Below are positions 35,224 to 45,386 of a DNA stretch of 64,000 nt, one piece after another. Source of the stretch: a virus (Duplodnaviria > Caudoviricetes); the IMG/VR virus record IMGVR_UViG_3300002220_000425, positions 1,989-65,988 of that record, one strand, 5' to 3'. The position numbers and the translations under genes were made by a program. Positions within the stretch are counted from its first letter, which is position 1. Every line of letters starts with the position of its first letter. The notes beneath the pieces were generated by a model. The model searched no databases, was not told where the DNA came from, and saw only the letters and a program-made list of their open reading frames with translations.

Positions 35224-37001
35224 GTACAACCCAGCGGTACATTGAGCTAAAAGCAGAGGCCGAACGCAGGCAGAAGGAAGCCGTTCGCCTATACCGCCCG
35301 GCACCGCAGCAGGAACCAATTCACTTTTGCAAGTCGCCTGAAATCCTCACGAGGGGGGGGAAGCGGTCAGGCAAGACGGTTTCAATCGCAATGGAGTTCG
35401 CTTCACGTGTAACCGGGATTCCGCTACACGACGCCAAGGGGAATGAGATCCCAAGTAAGTGGCCGATTCCATCGAAGGATTACCCGCGACTGTTCTGGTG
35501 TATTGGATGGGACTTGAAGCACATTGGACAAACGATCCACCGCATTCTGTTTCAGCCTGGCATGGGCGGTCAGATGCGTTGTATTCAGGATGAGCACACT
35601 GGCAACTGGCGAATCTGGAATCGATCAAACCCGGTCGATGCCAAGCGTGTTACAGAAAGCCATTTGACTGAGCCGCTGATCCCGGCACGGTTCATTATTG
35701 AGGATTCGTGGGCATGGAACGAAAAGCGATCGAACCAGTTCGAGAGCGTTGAACTGATCAACGGCGCAAAGATCTTCGCGTTTCCGTCAAGCGGCGTTCA
35801 GGCAAAGCAAGGGGACGCGGTATCGGGGATCTGGATCGACGAAGACATTCAGTTCCCGGGGCACCTCCGAGAGTGGCAGGACCGCTTAACTGACGAAGAA
35901 GGCTGGTTCTTGTGGTCGGTATGGCCGCACATGAAGAACGAAGCGTTGCTTGGGCTGATGGAGCGGGCAGAGCGAGACGAGTTCGAGAAGACTCCGCAGA
36001 TCAAAATGTTCCAGTTGATCATGACGGAGAACCCGTTCTTGACCGACAAGGGCAAAGAGCAGTCATTGGGCCGAATGGAGACGGACGAGGAAATCGCTCG
36101 CCGTAACCGTGGCGAAGTGCTGATGGACGCATTGTCCATGTACGCATTTGAAAACTCCACACACTGCATTCGCCGGCCTGATCCCAACAGGCGATTTGAA
36201 GCGGTTTGCCCTGCAAAGCAGATACTCATTGACATGTGGCTTGCTGGTGGATTCCCGCGCGAATGGACCCGCTACTTGTCGATCGACCCGTCGCACACGC
36301 GAACCGCTTGCCATTCGTGGGTTGTGCCGCCGATCGAGCATGGCGGTGTGTTCTTCGGCAACTTAGCGATCTGCGAATGGGAAATTGTTGGGCGCCGATG
36401 GTCTGCCGCGATGCTTGCACAGGAAGTGTTCAACCGTGCTGGCAACAAGAATTACGAAGCATTCATCATGGACAAACGCGCTGGCCGACAGACGCACACG
36501 GGGCGTGATGCAGGCGATAACGTGTTCACTGTCTACTCGGAAGCATTTGCAGCGAAAGGGCTGTTTGCGAGACTTACCGGCAACAGTTTCCTGCCGGGCG
36601 TTGACGTTCCAACGATTCGTTTCCGTTGCGTTCGGGATCTTATGGGAGAGCAGCCGGGAGTCGGTTTGCCGTCGATTCTGTTCGTTGAAGAGGCTTGCTC
36701 CGAAACGCGGCGTGAGTTTGCCAAGTACCGCAAGAAGACCGAGATTCGAGGCGAAGGTATGGATACCGTCTTGGACGAACCCGCCAATCCACGGATTTTT
36801 GACTGTATGGCGTCGATGGAATACTTTGCCGCCTACATTCACCCAGCGTTTATTGGTGGCACAGCATGGGTTGATCCAACGATGTACGCTTCACGCGGGA
36901 GTGGTGCCTTTCGTGCGGCACAGAAGATACTGGAACGCAGGCGATCGAAAGAAGAAGGCAGCGAGGGAGTTGTTTACATGCAGGCAGGTGATTACACTTA
37001 G
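35220..37001 (+). CDS. terL: Terminase large subunit
   Basis: Walker A RGGKRSGKT, Walker B IWIDED, NPFL, nuclease YLSIDPS. Confidence 0.9.
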   Translation: MSTTQRYIELKAEAERRQKEAVRLYRPAPQQEPIHFCKSPEILTRGGKRSGKTVSIAMEFASRVTGIPLHDAKGNEIPSKWPIPSKDYPRLFWCIGWDLKHIGQTIHRILFQPGMGGQMRCIQDEHTGNWRIWNRSNPVDAKRVTESHLTEPLIPARFIIEDSWAWNEKRSNQFESVELINGAKIFAFPSSGVQAKQGDAVSGIWIDEDIQFPGHLREWQDRLTDEEGWFLWSVWPHMKNEALLGLMERAERDEFEKTPQIKMFQLIMTENPFLTDKGKEQSLGRMETDEEIARRNRGEVLMDALSMYAFENSTHCIRRPDPNRRFEAVCPAKQILIDMWLAGGFPREWTRYLSIDPSHTRTACHSWVVPPIEHGGVFFGNLAICEWEIVGRRWSAAMLAQEVFNRAGNKNYEAFIMDKRAGRQTHTGRDAGDNVFTVYSEAFAAKGLFARLTGNSFLPGVDVPTIRFRCVRDLMGEQPGVGLPSILFVEEACSETRREFAKYRKKTEIRGEGMDTVLDEPANPRIFDCMASMEYFAAYIHPAFIGGTAWVDPTMYASRGSGAFRAAQKILERRRSKEEGSEGVVYMQAGDYT

Positions 37002-37061
37002 GCTGAATGGTTACAGCCTGTAACGTTTCAAGGTGTTTCGCAACAATCGAAGGTAAATCCC

Positions 37062-37490
37062 ATGGACCTCACTCAGATCCAAAAGCAGATCGACGAACTT
37101 GACGAGCAGATTGCCAACCCTACGCCTACGCCACCAGTCGGCACAAGCGTGAAGTGGTTCAAGCGGGCGAACAAAGACGACGTGTATGCCGCGATCGTCA
37201 CGAAGATTGAAGCCGCTGGCAAGCTGACGCTGACCGTCTTTCCGCCGTTTGGTCTGACCACTCACACACGTGGATGTTTGCATATCAGCAATCCGATCCA
37301 CCAGCAGCGTGCTCACAGCGTGAGTGTGAACTCGGGTGCGTGGGATTACCTGGACGGACAAAAACCGCCCAAGGCTCACTTTGACATGGACGTTGCTGTT
37401 TTGACGAAGCGACGAGACGCACTGTTGGTTCAGTTGGCTGAAGCCAAAGTGGTTGCCGAGAAAGAGAAGAAAACCGTAGCCGCGCGATAA
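37062..37490 (+). CDS. Hypothetical protein
   Basis: PTPPVGTSV..YAAIVTKI...LTVFPP. Confidence 0.6.
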   Translation: MDLTQIQKQIDELDEQIANPTPTPPVGTSVKWFKRANKDDVYAAIVTKIEAAGKLTLTVFPPFGLTTHTRGCLHISNPIHQQRAHSVSVNSGAWDYLDGQKPPKAHFDMDVAVLTKRRDALLVQLAEAKVVAEKEKKTVAAR

Positions 37491-37533
37491 GTGCAGCGAT
37501 TAGTGCTGCGGCACTCCAGATCAAAGTCTATGA

Positions 37534-39873
37534 ATGGACCGTTCGACAATCGACAGCGAGTTTCTGCGACCGCTTTGCACGGCCTGGCTTGAAAAGCTTG
37601 AGTCGGCAAAGGAGGCTCGCTCTCGCTGGAAAGAGGTTGCCGACGAGTGCATGATGTTCTATTCGCAATCTGCTTCTGCGATGTGGAACAACGACTACTC
37701 CAAGAAGTTTTGGAAGGGCGTCAAGCTTCCTCGCTTCAGGATCACGATCAACAAAGCGTTTGAGATGGTGGCAATTTATGGCCCCAATCTCATGTGGGAA
37801 TACCCTCACCGGACGGTAAACCCCAAAAAGCCAATGTCTTTCCCAGAAGAGTTGGTGCAATTCCTTGATCCGCAACAGCAGCAGATCGTTCAGGCGTTGC
37901 AACAGCAGCAGATGATGAAGGACGCTGGCGACAAGGTTACAGCGTCCATGATGGACCTGTGGTTGAACTACACGCCCGGCGAACAGCCAGACGGCGGATT
38001 GGTTCATCACAGCAAGCGGGCAGTCACCGACTCGCTGATCAAGGGGCGAGGGTGTCTTGCATCGCGACCGTACAAAATGCCGGGCAGTGACATCACGCTC
38101 ACCGGCTCGTTCCATGTTGACCCATACGACGTGTTGACCGATGGCGACTTCAAGTCGGTAGGCGATTGTAAGTGGATTGCGATCCGCAAGGTTGAGCACG
38201 CAAAGGACGTTGAAGAGCGTTACCAGTTGCCCAAGGGAACGCTCAAGGGGCGTGCGACACTGGAGAGCAGTTGGCAGCGATCGGAATTGAAAACCGACCC
38301 AATGTCGGGCACCAACCGAAACGCTCACAAGACGGCAGACTTGATTGCCTATTGGGAGATCTACTCCAAGGCCGGCGCCGGTTGCAGTCATGCCTCAATG
38401 GACAATTCGATTCGCGAGCACATGGAAAACGTGGTGCCGCGATACGCTTACTTTGCGATATGCGAGAGCGTTCCTTATCCGCTTAATCTCCCAACGGACA
38501 AGCTTCGTTCGGGCTTGACTGACGAAGAGGTCAAGGCTGCAACGCAGTGGCCTGTGGACATGTGGCGTGACGATCGTTGGCCGGTCGAGTTTTTGGATTA
38601 CTTTGTGGATCCAAACTCAGCATGGCCGATCGCACCGCTGGCGCCGGGGCTTGGTGAACTGAAGCTGCTCAACTTCTTGGTGAGTTGGATGGCATCTCGA
38701 GTGTGGAGTTCGTCTCGAGACTTTTGGGCGGTCGCTGGCCCTCACGTAGACCACTACAAAGAGTATCTGCTCAACGGCGACGACCAGTCGATCATTCCGA
38801 CTCCAGTGAGCGTTGAGGACGTGCGTAAGGCAGTCACGATCCTGACTCAGCCTGAAACGCGACAGGACTTGAGCAAGCTGATTGCGTTCGTTTCCGACAT
38901 GTTCGACAAGCGGGTTGCATTGACACCGTTCATGTACGGGCTCAATCAGGACGGAACGCAGAACCGAACCGCTGAAGAAACCATGGCCAAGTCTCGAGCG
39001 GTACAAGCTCGACCGGAGTACATGGCTAAGCAGGTTGCTGATTGGCAGTCTCGAGTTGCCGTAGCCGAGGCGTTTGTCACAAAGCGATTTGTGACATCAC
39101 AAGACATTTTGCAGTTGGCCGGCCCTCTCGCCGCCTTTATGTGGCAGCAGTTTGTTGAGGGGCGTGATCCATCGCAGATTGCCCGCCAGTTCGATTACAG
39201 CATTTCGGCAACGTCAATTCGTCGCCCTGACCGGGAACGTGATTTGGCGAACTACCAGCAGGTGTTGCAATACTTCTTGGGTGTTGTGCAGGGATACGGC
39301 CAGTCATCTGGCAACTACCAACCATTCAACTTCTTGATGCAGCAGTGGGGTGACTTCCACGACGCTGACTTGACGGGCGCGATGATCCCGCCGCCAGAAC
39401 CGCCAAGCGAAGAACAGCAGGCCATGCAGCAGCTTGCCGCACAGGAACTACAGGCCAAGGTTGAATACCTAATGGCACAAGCTCAAGCGAAGCAGGCTGA
39501 CGCACAGGCGACGATGATCGACGCGCAGCTAAAGCCGCAAGAGATGCAAATGCAGATGGCGGTTGAGCAAATTCGTGCTCAGCGCGAATCCAGCAAGCTT
39601 GAGGCCGAACAGGCAAGTCTTGGCATCGACATGATGCGGCAACAGGCAGAACTTGAGGGCGACTTGGCACAGACTCAGTTTGCTCAGCAGACAACGTTGC
39701 TTGACATGCTCCAGGATTCTGAACGCCATGCCCAAGAAATGGATCAAGACGAAGAGCGTCACGAACAAGAACTTCGACAGAAGCAAGAGATGGGCAAGGT
39801 CCAGATCGAGCTTGCCAAGAAGGCGGCAGCGGCCAAGCCTAAGCCAGAACCCAGACCAAGGGCCAAACAATGA
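37534..39873 (+). CDS. Portal protein
   Basis: 779 aa after terL; TDSLIKGRG, VDPYDVLTD, TAEETMAK, Q-rich C-terminal coiled coil. Confidence 0.8.
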   Translation: MDRSTIDSEFLRPLCTAWLEKLESAKEARSRWKEVADECMMFYSQSASAMWNNDYSKKFWKGVKLPRFRITINKAFEMVAIYGPNLMWEYPHRTVNPKKPMSFPEELVQFLDPQQQQIVQALQQQQMMKDAGDKVTASMMDLWLNYTPGEQPDGGLVHHSKRAVTDSLIKGRGCLASRPYKMPGSDITLTGSFHVDPYDVLTDGDFKSVGDCKWIAIRKVEHAKDVEERYQLPKGTLKGRATLESSWQRSELKTDPMSGTNRNAHKTADLIAYWEIYSKAGAGCSHASMDNSIREHMENVVPRYAYFAICESVPYPLNLPTDKLRSGLTDEEVKAATQWPVDMWRDDRWPVEFLDYFVDPNSAWPIAPLAPGLGELKLLNFLVSWMASRVWSSSRDFWAVAGPHVDHYKEYLLNGDDQSIIPTPVSVEDVRKAVTILTQPETRQDLSKLIAFVSDMFDKRVALTPFMYGLNQDGTQNRTAEETMAKSRAVQARPEYMAKQVADWQSRVAVAEAFVTKRFVTSQDILQLAGPLAAFMWQQFVEGRDPSQIARQFDYSISATSIRRPDRERDLANYQQVLQYFLGVVQGYGQSSGNYQPFNFLMQQWGDFHDADLTGAMIPPPEPPSEEQQAMQQLAAQELQAKVEYLMAQAQAKQADAQATMIDAQLKPQEMQMQMAVEQIRAQRESSKLEAEQASLGIDMMRQQAELEGDLAQTQFAQQTTLLDMLQDSERHAQEMDQDEERHEQELRQKQEMGKVQIELAKKAAAAKPKPEPRPRAKQ

Positions 39874-40577
39874 GCCACAGCATGAAACGTTACACCCAGA
39901 AGGTGATTATTGAAAAGTTTCTGGAACAGAATCCAGACTGGTCCAAGTATCCAGACTTGATCACCAATCCGCCAACGTCTGAAGAGTTGCAAGTTGAGTT
40001 CAAGGATGTTGATCCTGAAGTGTTGCGGCGGCATGGCGAGTGGATTGCAACGTTGGTGACGCGGGGGGCGTTTTACTTCCGCGCACGCATGCAGGGTTCA
40101 AGCGATCGTGCTGCGGCGATGTACGCACTTCAGAAGACTGCACGGATTGAAACTGACGACGTGTTCTTCCAGGGTGCCAAGCCGCTTTACGATCAGTTTG
40201 AAAGCCAGCAGGCATTGAACCGAACATTGCGTGAGAGCAAGAAGCGAGGCTTCACGCCTGACAAGAACGCGATTTACTACCCGAACCTTGCAAGGTTCAG
40301 GGGCGATCCTGAAGCGTACGTCACCCGTGCGATGGGTCGTTCGTACATTCGCAAGCTACTTGAGAAGCGAGGTTGGTCGGCAGAGGGCGGTGTGAATGTT
40401 AAAGGGCGAGAGCCTGAATCAGATCCGCTTGACGCAAAGAACTGCAAGCCGCTTGGTGAGGACATTGTTCGTCGCAGGATGTCCGAAGAGATCAAGAAAA
40501 ACCCCGATCTTGCGAGGGGCAAAAACCGCAAGGAGTTACGGCAAAAGATCATTGAGCGTCACGGGTCAAAACCTTAG
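39870..40577 (+). CDS. Hypothetical protein
   Basis: 235 aa coupled to the portal gene; LARF.GDP.AYV motif. Confidence 0.65.
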   Translation: MSHSMKRYTQKVIIEKFLEQNPDWSKYPDLITNPPTSEELQVEFKDVDPEVLRRHGEWIATLVTRGAFYFRARMQGSSDRAAAMYALQKTARIETDDVFFQGAKPLYDQFESQQALNRTLRESKKRGFTPDKNAIYYPNLARFRGDPEAYVTRAMGRSYIRKLLEKRGWSAEGGVNVKGREPESDPLDAKNCKPLGEDIVRRRMSEEIKKNPDLARGKNRKELRQKIIERHGSKP

Positions 40578-40591
40578 TTGGGAGTTATGCG

Positions 40592-40876
40592 ATGGCATTA
40601 AGTGTTGCGGTACGCCGGGGCCTGGCGTTTGCGCTACGGAGCGACAAGGCCGCAGACGAGATCGTTGACATGGTTGACGGACAGGCGGGCGGAACGGTTT
40701 CGGTCGATACCAAACGCCGGCTTGAGCTTGCGTTCGTTGACAAACAGACGGCATCGCAGATGGTGACGTTTTTACAGACTTACCAAGCCGTTCCCAGCGA
40801 AAACCTCAAGAATCGAATGGGAATCATGCTTGGTGCCAGATACCTAGCTGACGAACTTATTGCCGCAAACGCATAG
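40592..40876 (+). CDS. Hypothetical virion-region protein
   Basis: 94 aa, GGGAG SD. Confidence 0.6.
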   Translation: MALSVAVRRGLAFALRSDKAADEIVDMVDGQAGGTVSVDTKRRLELAFVDKQTASQMVTFLQTYQAVPSENLKNRMGIMLGARYLADELIAANA

Positions 40877-40885
40877 GCCACCAAG

Positions 40886-41224
40886 ATGCTAGCCGTGCTC
40901 TTAACCCTCGCCACCTTCGCCCCCTCGCTACCCGTTATCGAAGTCTGCGAAATCAACACCACGCCGAACTTCACGCAGGTGATTTTACGGAGGTGGCATC
41001 GCCTTGGCGAAGTGAATGGCCATCGTGTTACGGAGTGGTGGATACCGCGAAAAGAATCGACCACGGTGGAGCGATTTGGCGACCGCTGGCTAGTACGATC
41101 GGACGGACGCGAGTTTATTGCACGATCGGTGCGGTGGACGCAGACAAGCCACGATCCTGAGATGGCGGAACGTAAGATTTTATGTCCGAGTGATCGGGTG
41201 CCGTATTTCGAGGGCGCGAAGTGA
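40886..41224 (+). CDS. Hypothetical protein with signal-like N-terminus
   Basis: MLAVLLTLATFAP; coupled to the next gene. Confidence 0.55.
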   Translation: MLAVLLTLATFAPSLPVIEVCEINTTPNFTQVILRRWHRLGEVNGHRVTEWWIPRKESTTVERFGDRWLVRSDGREFIARSVRWTQTSHDPEMAERKILCPSDRVPYFEGAK

Positions 41225-41658
41225 ACGACATTTTTCTTATACCGCAGGACGGGGCACCGGGGGCCGACGGCGCTGATGGTGCCGACGGCGCACTGGCACC
41301 GCTACACATCCAAATCGCACTTTCGCCAAACGGGCAGAACATCGCGGCAGGCACAAAAAAAGGCATGTTTCGCGTTCCGATTGCCGGCACGATCACGGGC
41401 TTTGTTTGCGTATGCGATCCGGCGAACGAACCATCGGCAACATCGGTGCAGTGCGACTTGAACACACTCGATCTTACAACCGGAGCGGCAACATCGGTGC
41501 TTAGTTCTGTTGCTACGATTGCAACGGGGGCAAATGCAAGCACAGGCGGTGCTATCAGTGGCACGCCAGCGGTAAGCGTAGGCGACTTGCTATCGGTCGA
41601 CGTGGATCAGGGCAGCGACGGGCAAGAATTACTAGCGACAATTACCATCACCCCATAG
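41221..41658 (+). CDS. Fibre-like protein with short collagen-like repeat
   Basis: GAPGADGADGADGA; VSVGDLLSVDVDQ. Confidence 0.6.
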   Translation: MNDIFLIPQDGAPGADGADGADGALAPLHIQIALSPNGQNIAAGTKKGMFRVPIAGTITGFVCVCDPANEPSATSVQCDLNTLDLTTGAATSVLSSVATIATGANASTGGAISGTPAVSVGDLLSVDVDQGSDGQELLATITITP

Positions 41659-41667
41659 GCAGAAATC

Positions 41668-42243
41668 ATGGCAGTTAATCCAATTACCGGCATTGACCCG
41701 ACTGTAGACCGATTCGCAATCTGGCGGGTGTCCACCTCGTCATATATCAACATGAACGCCGTTTGGCCGCGTGTTGATGGCGGGCCATTGGTCGGTGCAA
41801 ATCCTGATCTAAAGTATTACAAGCGGGTAAACGGCACTGCACCCGACGCCGATCACCGATTCACGGTCAACTCAACATGGGGCAAGGTGGAGACAGAACC
41901 AACACCAGCAGAAGGCTACCCAAGCGGCGTTTACACCCAGACTTTTGACGTGGTTCGTCGTCCCGTTGATGAACTCAAATTGCAAGTCGATGCAGAGTTC
42001 CAACGGCAAGTGCGGTTGCAATTTCCTGATTCGGAAAACCCCGCAACGATTATCGAAGCCGCTGGCGTAATCGCACGCAAGCAAGCGGGTTCGCCAATCA
42101 GCGAGGCACAGCAAGCGTTATTAGATTCGTTCATTGGGATGGAGGATCAGATTACCTACATGCGAGCAAGGCAGGTCGCACTGTACGCCGCCATTGACGC
42201 GAACCAGGACTATGACCTAACAGACGGCTGGGTCGAACTGTGA
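41668..42243 (+). CDS. Hypothetical virion protein
   Basis: 191 aa in the fibre cluster. Confidence 0.55.
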   Translation: MAVNPITGIDPTVDRFAIWRVSTSSYINMNAVWPRVDGGPLVGANPDLKYYKRVNGTAPDADHRFTVNSTWGKVETEPTPAEGYPSGVYTQTFDVVRRPVDELKLQVDAEFQRQVRLQFPDSENPATIIEAAGVIARKQAGSPISEAQQALLDSFIGMEDQITYMRARQVALYAAIDANQDYDLTDGWVEL

Positions 42244-43043
42244 CCCCCGGCTATGCCAAGCCACGGTCAGAACTGCCGTGGCTACCTTATCGAGAGAATG
42301 ACAAAGTGTTTGTAATCAATTCGCATAACTTCGGCGGGCCAGCGGCGTTTGATCCAAGCGTCAACGGCAAAATGCCGATTGCGGCGTGGATACCGTCGCG
42401 CGATGATGCTGGCAACGGCACCACCACGCTTAATGATTTGGTTGCGTCGTTTGATATGACGCTAACCAACATGGATGCCGCTTCAGATTGGCCTGCGGAC
42501 ACTGACGCTGGTGGCGTAAGGGCGATTGATACCGATGGAAGCAATGATTATTGTCTTAATTCGAGCGCCTTTTCGTGTTTTACCACAGGCGTCTGGTCTG
42601 TTTCGTGCTGGATTTTCAGGCGAGGTGGTGATTACTTTCTCAACTTTGGTGCATCTGCTGGTTTTTCGCAATACATCGGATGTCTCGTCAACGTCACAAC
42701 ACTGCAATTTAATCTTGTCGGTGCTTCGCAGGGCGTGTTGGTAGTTCAGGCCGGAACGATTAGTAACACTACGTGGACACACCTAGCGTTCCGCATGAAT
42801 GCATCTGGCTTCGCTGTATGGGTAAATGGTTCTTTGCGCGCTCTCGCCGTAGTCAGCGGCACAAACAACCAGAAAACATGGTCGACAAACCAACTTAACC
42901 GAAACGCAATCGGTGCATCTGTGGGATCAAGTGCAATCGCGTGGTTCAACGGAAGGCATGACGATTATCGGCTTTTTGATGTTGCGATCGATGCCACCGA
43001 CGTAGCCGCACTTTACGCCGCCCAACGCGGAGGCCAAGCATAA
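42240..43043 (+). CDS. LamG/ConA-like jelly-roll domain protein
   Basis: WSVSCWI, TWTHLAF, VWVNGS, FNGRHDDYRLFD...VAALY. Confidence 0.8.
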   Translation: MTPGYAKPRSELPWLPYRENDKVFVINSHNFGGPAAFDPSVNGKMPIAAWIPSRDDAGNGTTTLNDLVASFDMTLTNMDAASDWPADTDAGGVRAIDTDGSNDYCLNSSAFSCFTTGVWSVSCWIFRRGGDYFLNFGASAGFSQYIGCLVNVTTLQFNLVGASQGVLVVQAGTISNTTWTHLAFRMNASGFAVWVNGSLRALAVVSGTNNQKTWSTNQLNRNAIGASVGSSAIAWFNGRHDDYRLFDVAIDATDVAALYAAQRGGQA

Positions 43044-44869
43044 TGCCACTCACAATCCAAGTATTCATCCCCAGCGGCGAAACCGAAGCCACGCTAACCG
43101 CGATCACCGGCACCGGCACGCCAGCAAATCCTTATACGATTACGCAGCAGGGTGGCTCGCAATTTGGCACGATTGAGGTTGCCGATGCGATCGATCCAGA
43201 AGACGATCTTCTAGGCTTGTGGCAATGGAAGGTAGGCACGCGGGCTGTTGGCAGGGTGCTTATCGTCGCGGGGCAGACGGACTATCCGATACTAAGCAAC
43301 CAGCAAGCCGCAGCCGCAGCGATCACGGCGGCGGGGCTCGAAACCGAGACCGACGCAGCAGAGCGACAGACGGCGGTGCTCGCGGCGATTGAGGGGATTG
43401 AGGGGGGCGGGGGAGGTGGTCAGGGCGATTGGGCAATCCGCCGAACTTTCCAGCTAGCAGGCGGCGCAAAGATTCCAGGCGTACAAATGTCGCTCGTTGG
43501 TGTGGCCGGCAAAGTAGACACGACTGGAAGCGATGGGATTGCGCAGGTCAATACAGACAACGGGACATTTACGCTGAGGGTGACGGTGCCAGCGGGGTAT
43601 GAATCCGTTGCTGATTCTCCAGTCACAATTAGCGGTGCAGACAGTGTTGCGACGGTTACGCTCACGCGGGAAGCTGTTCCGGTGCTTGTGTCGCCTTCGG
43701 GCACGCTAATTCGTCGCCCTTCGATGAATCGGCGCGGCAACTTCATGACGCTTGCGTCGGTGGTTGATCATTTGCTTGCGGTGGAGGAACTTAATCCCGG
43801 CGAGCCCCGGGCGATCGAGCGTGCGGTATCTGCGGCTCAGTCTGCGCTGCTGTCGCTCACGTCGCACTCAACACAGGGATTCCGGTACTACCAAGGCAGG
43901 CAGAAGCTTGTCATGCCGGGCACGGTTAATCTCGGTACGATCACTGCGTCCAACGGGCTCGTGACAGGTACGTTCAACTTGCCGACGTGGACCGATCTTG
44001 GCCACTTGCGGGTTGGTCAGCATTCGTATCCGGTCGTGGGTCAAGATGGTCAGGGCGGCGTGTTTGTGGATGCAACGCTTCCCAATGGGACGCACGCTTC
44101 GGCAATTCTGGAGCAAGTATTCTTCCCGCTCCCCAAGAACTTCCGCCGTCGTGGTCGAATCTCGGACAGGGGCCAGCAACTCGACATCGAAGACCTTTCG
44201 GGAAGTGTTCTTCAATCGCTGTACGATCACTTGAACTGGATCAACAATTCCGGTCGAAATCGCTCGTTCTCAGCGATCACGGTTGACCAACGGTATCAGG
44301 GTGAATTGATGCTGATGGTATGGCCACCGTACGGCACCAGAGCTGAACTTGACCTGTTCTACGAGCGTTACCCTGAACCGCTTGACGTTCACCGCACGGC
44401 GATTGCTTCGCTTGGCGTTTCAGGCAACGTGGCAACGGCGGGATCGGCAGTGTTTACCGACAAGCATGTTGGCTGTGCGATCACGATCGGCCTGAACAAC
44501 GACATCGAACTAACCAAGCCATTGTCCAACCCAGCATTGGCTGAAGCCCAGCGAATCATTCTGCGGGTCAACAGTTCAACCGAAGCGGTGCTTGACGCTA
44601 ATGTGTCTGACTCAGCGATCAGCAACCGCGCGGCGTACGTCTCGGACGTTGTTGACGTACTGAAGGGGCCAATGTCGGAGGCGTACTTACGGTTGGCCGA
44701 ATACGAATTGCTGCGTCAGGCTCGCCACAAGTCGGCACAGTTGCGGCAGGTGGAGTTCATGCAGCAGTTGGCGATTGCAATGCAGGACGACAACCGTTCG
44801 CGGGAATCACCCGGCGATTTGACTCGCTCGGACGGTCACTTCATGTGGGGCGATACAACTTACAACTAA
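43043..44869 (+). CDS. Beta-sandwich domain fused to a head-tail adaptor-like region
   Basis: IPGVQMSL..TTGSDGIA..NGTFTLRVT.PAGY, then MTLASVVDHLL...PEPL. Confidence 0.5.
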   Translation: MPLTIQVFIPSGETEATLTAITGTGTPANPYTITQQGGSQFGTIEVADAIDPEDDLLGLWQWKVGTRAVGRVLIVAGQTDYPILSNQQAAAAAITAAGLETETDAAERQTAVLAAIEGIEGGGGGGQGDWAIRRTFQLAGGAKIPGVQMSLVGVAGKVDTTGSDGIAQVNTDNGTFTLRVTVPAGYESVADSPVTISGADSVATVTLTREAVPVLVSPSGTLIRRPSMNRRGNFMTLASVVDHLLAVEELNPGEPRAIERAVSAAQSALLSLTSHSTQGFRYYQGRQKLVMPGTVNLGTITASNGLVTGTFNLPTWTDLGHLRVGQHSYPVVGQDGQGGVFVDATLPNGTHASAILEQVFFPLPKNFRRRGRISDRGQQLDIEDLSGSVLQSLYDHLNWINNSGRNRSFSAITVDQRYQGELMLMVWPPYGTRAELDLFYERYPEPLDVHRTAIASLGVSGNVATAGSAVFTDKHVGCAITIGLNNDIELTKPLSNPALAEAQRIILRVNSSTEAVLDANVSDSAISNRAAYVSDVVDVLKGPMSEAYLRLAEYELLRQARHKSAQLRQVEFMQQLAIAMQDDNRSRESPGDLTRSDGHFMWGDTTYN

Positions 44870-44891
44870 GTTTAGAGCTAGGTGAAACCAC

Positions 44892-45386
44892 ATGCACATG
44901 TTTACAATTGCGGAGGCGATCGTTGCACAGATCGACACTTTGCTTGATACTTTAGCGGACGAACTTCCGAACAATTCGCAGATTGCCAGAGAGCGACTGA
45001 AGCCTGACGTGGAGATTCACAAGCGTCGGGCTCAGGACAGAAAGGAAATGCGGATTCAGGAAGGGATCACGATCGTTCCAATGAAGCCTGTTTCGGCGGG
45101 CGGAACGAACGAGCGTGATGACGTGGGGTATGCGTTTTTGGTGGCAATAGCCCAGCGAACGCTGACCGATACCCTGACAGAAGATTGGAGAGTCGGGATT
45201 TGGGAACAGGCCATCCGACAACGGTTTAATCACCGCCGATTGGGAATCACCTTGGATTCGGCATGCGAGCTTAGCTGCATTGTCGCGCCGGGGGAACTTC
45301 CGAATTGGGCAATGTTGGACGAGGGCATGGACTTATCCATGCTGACAATTACCTGTTACGTGAGAGAGGCTCGCCGCTATGTCTGA
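44892..45386 (+). CDS. Tail completion/terminator-like protein
   Basis: Position before the tail-tube-like gene; GTNERDDVGY. Confidence 0.45.
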   Translation: MHMFTIAEAIVAQIDTLLDTLADELPNNSQIARERLKPDVEIHKRRAQDRKEMRIQEGITIVPMKPVSAGGTNERDDVGYAFLVAIAQRTLTDTLTEDWRVGIWEQAIRQRFNHRRLGITLDSACELSCIVAPGELPNWAMLDEGMDLSMLTITCYVREARRYV

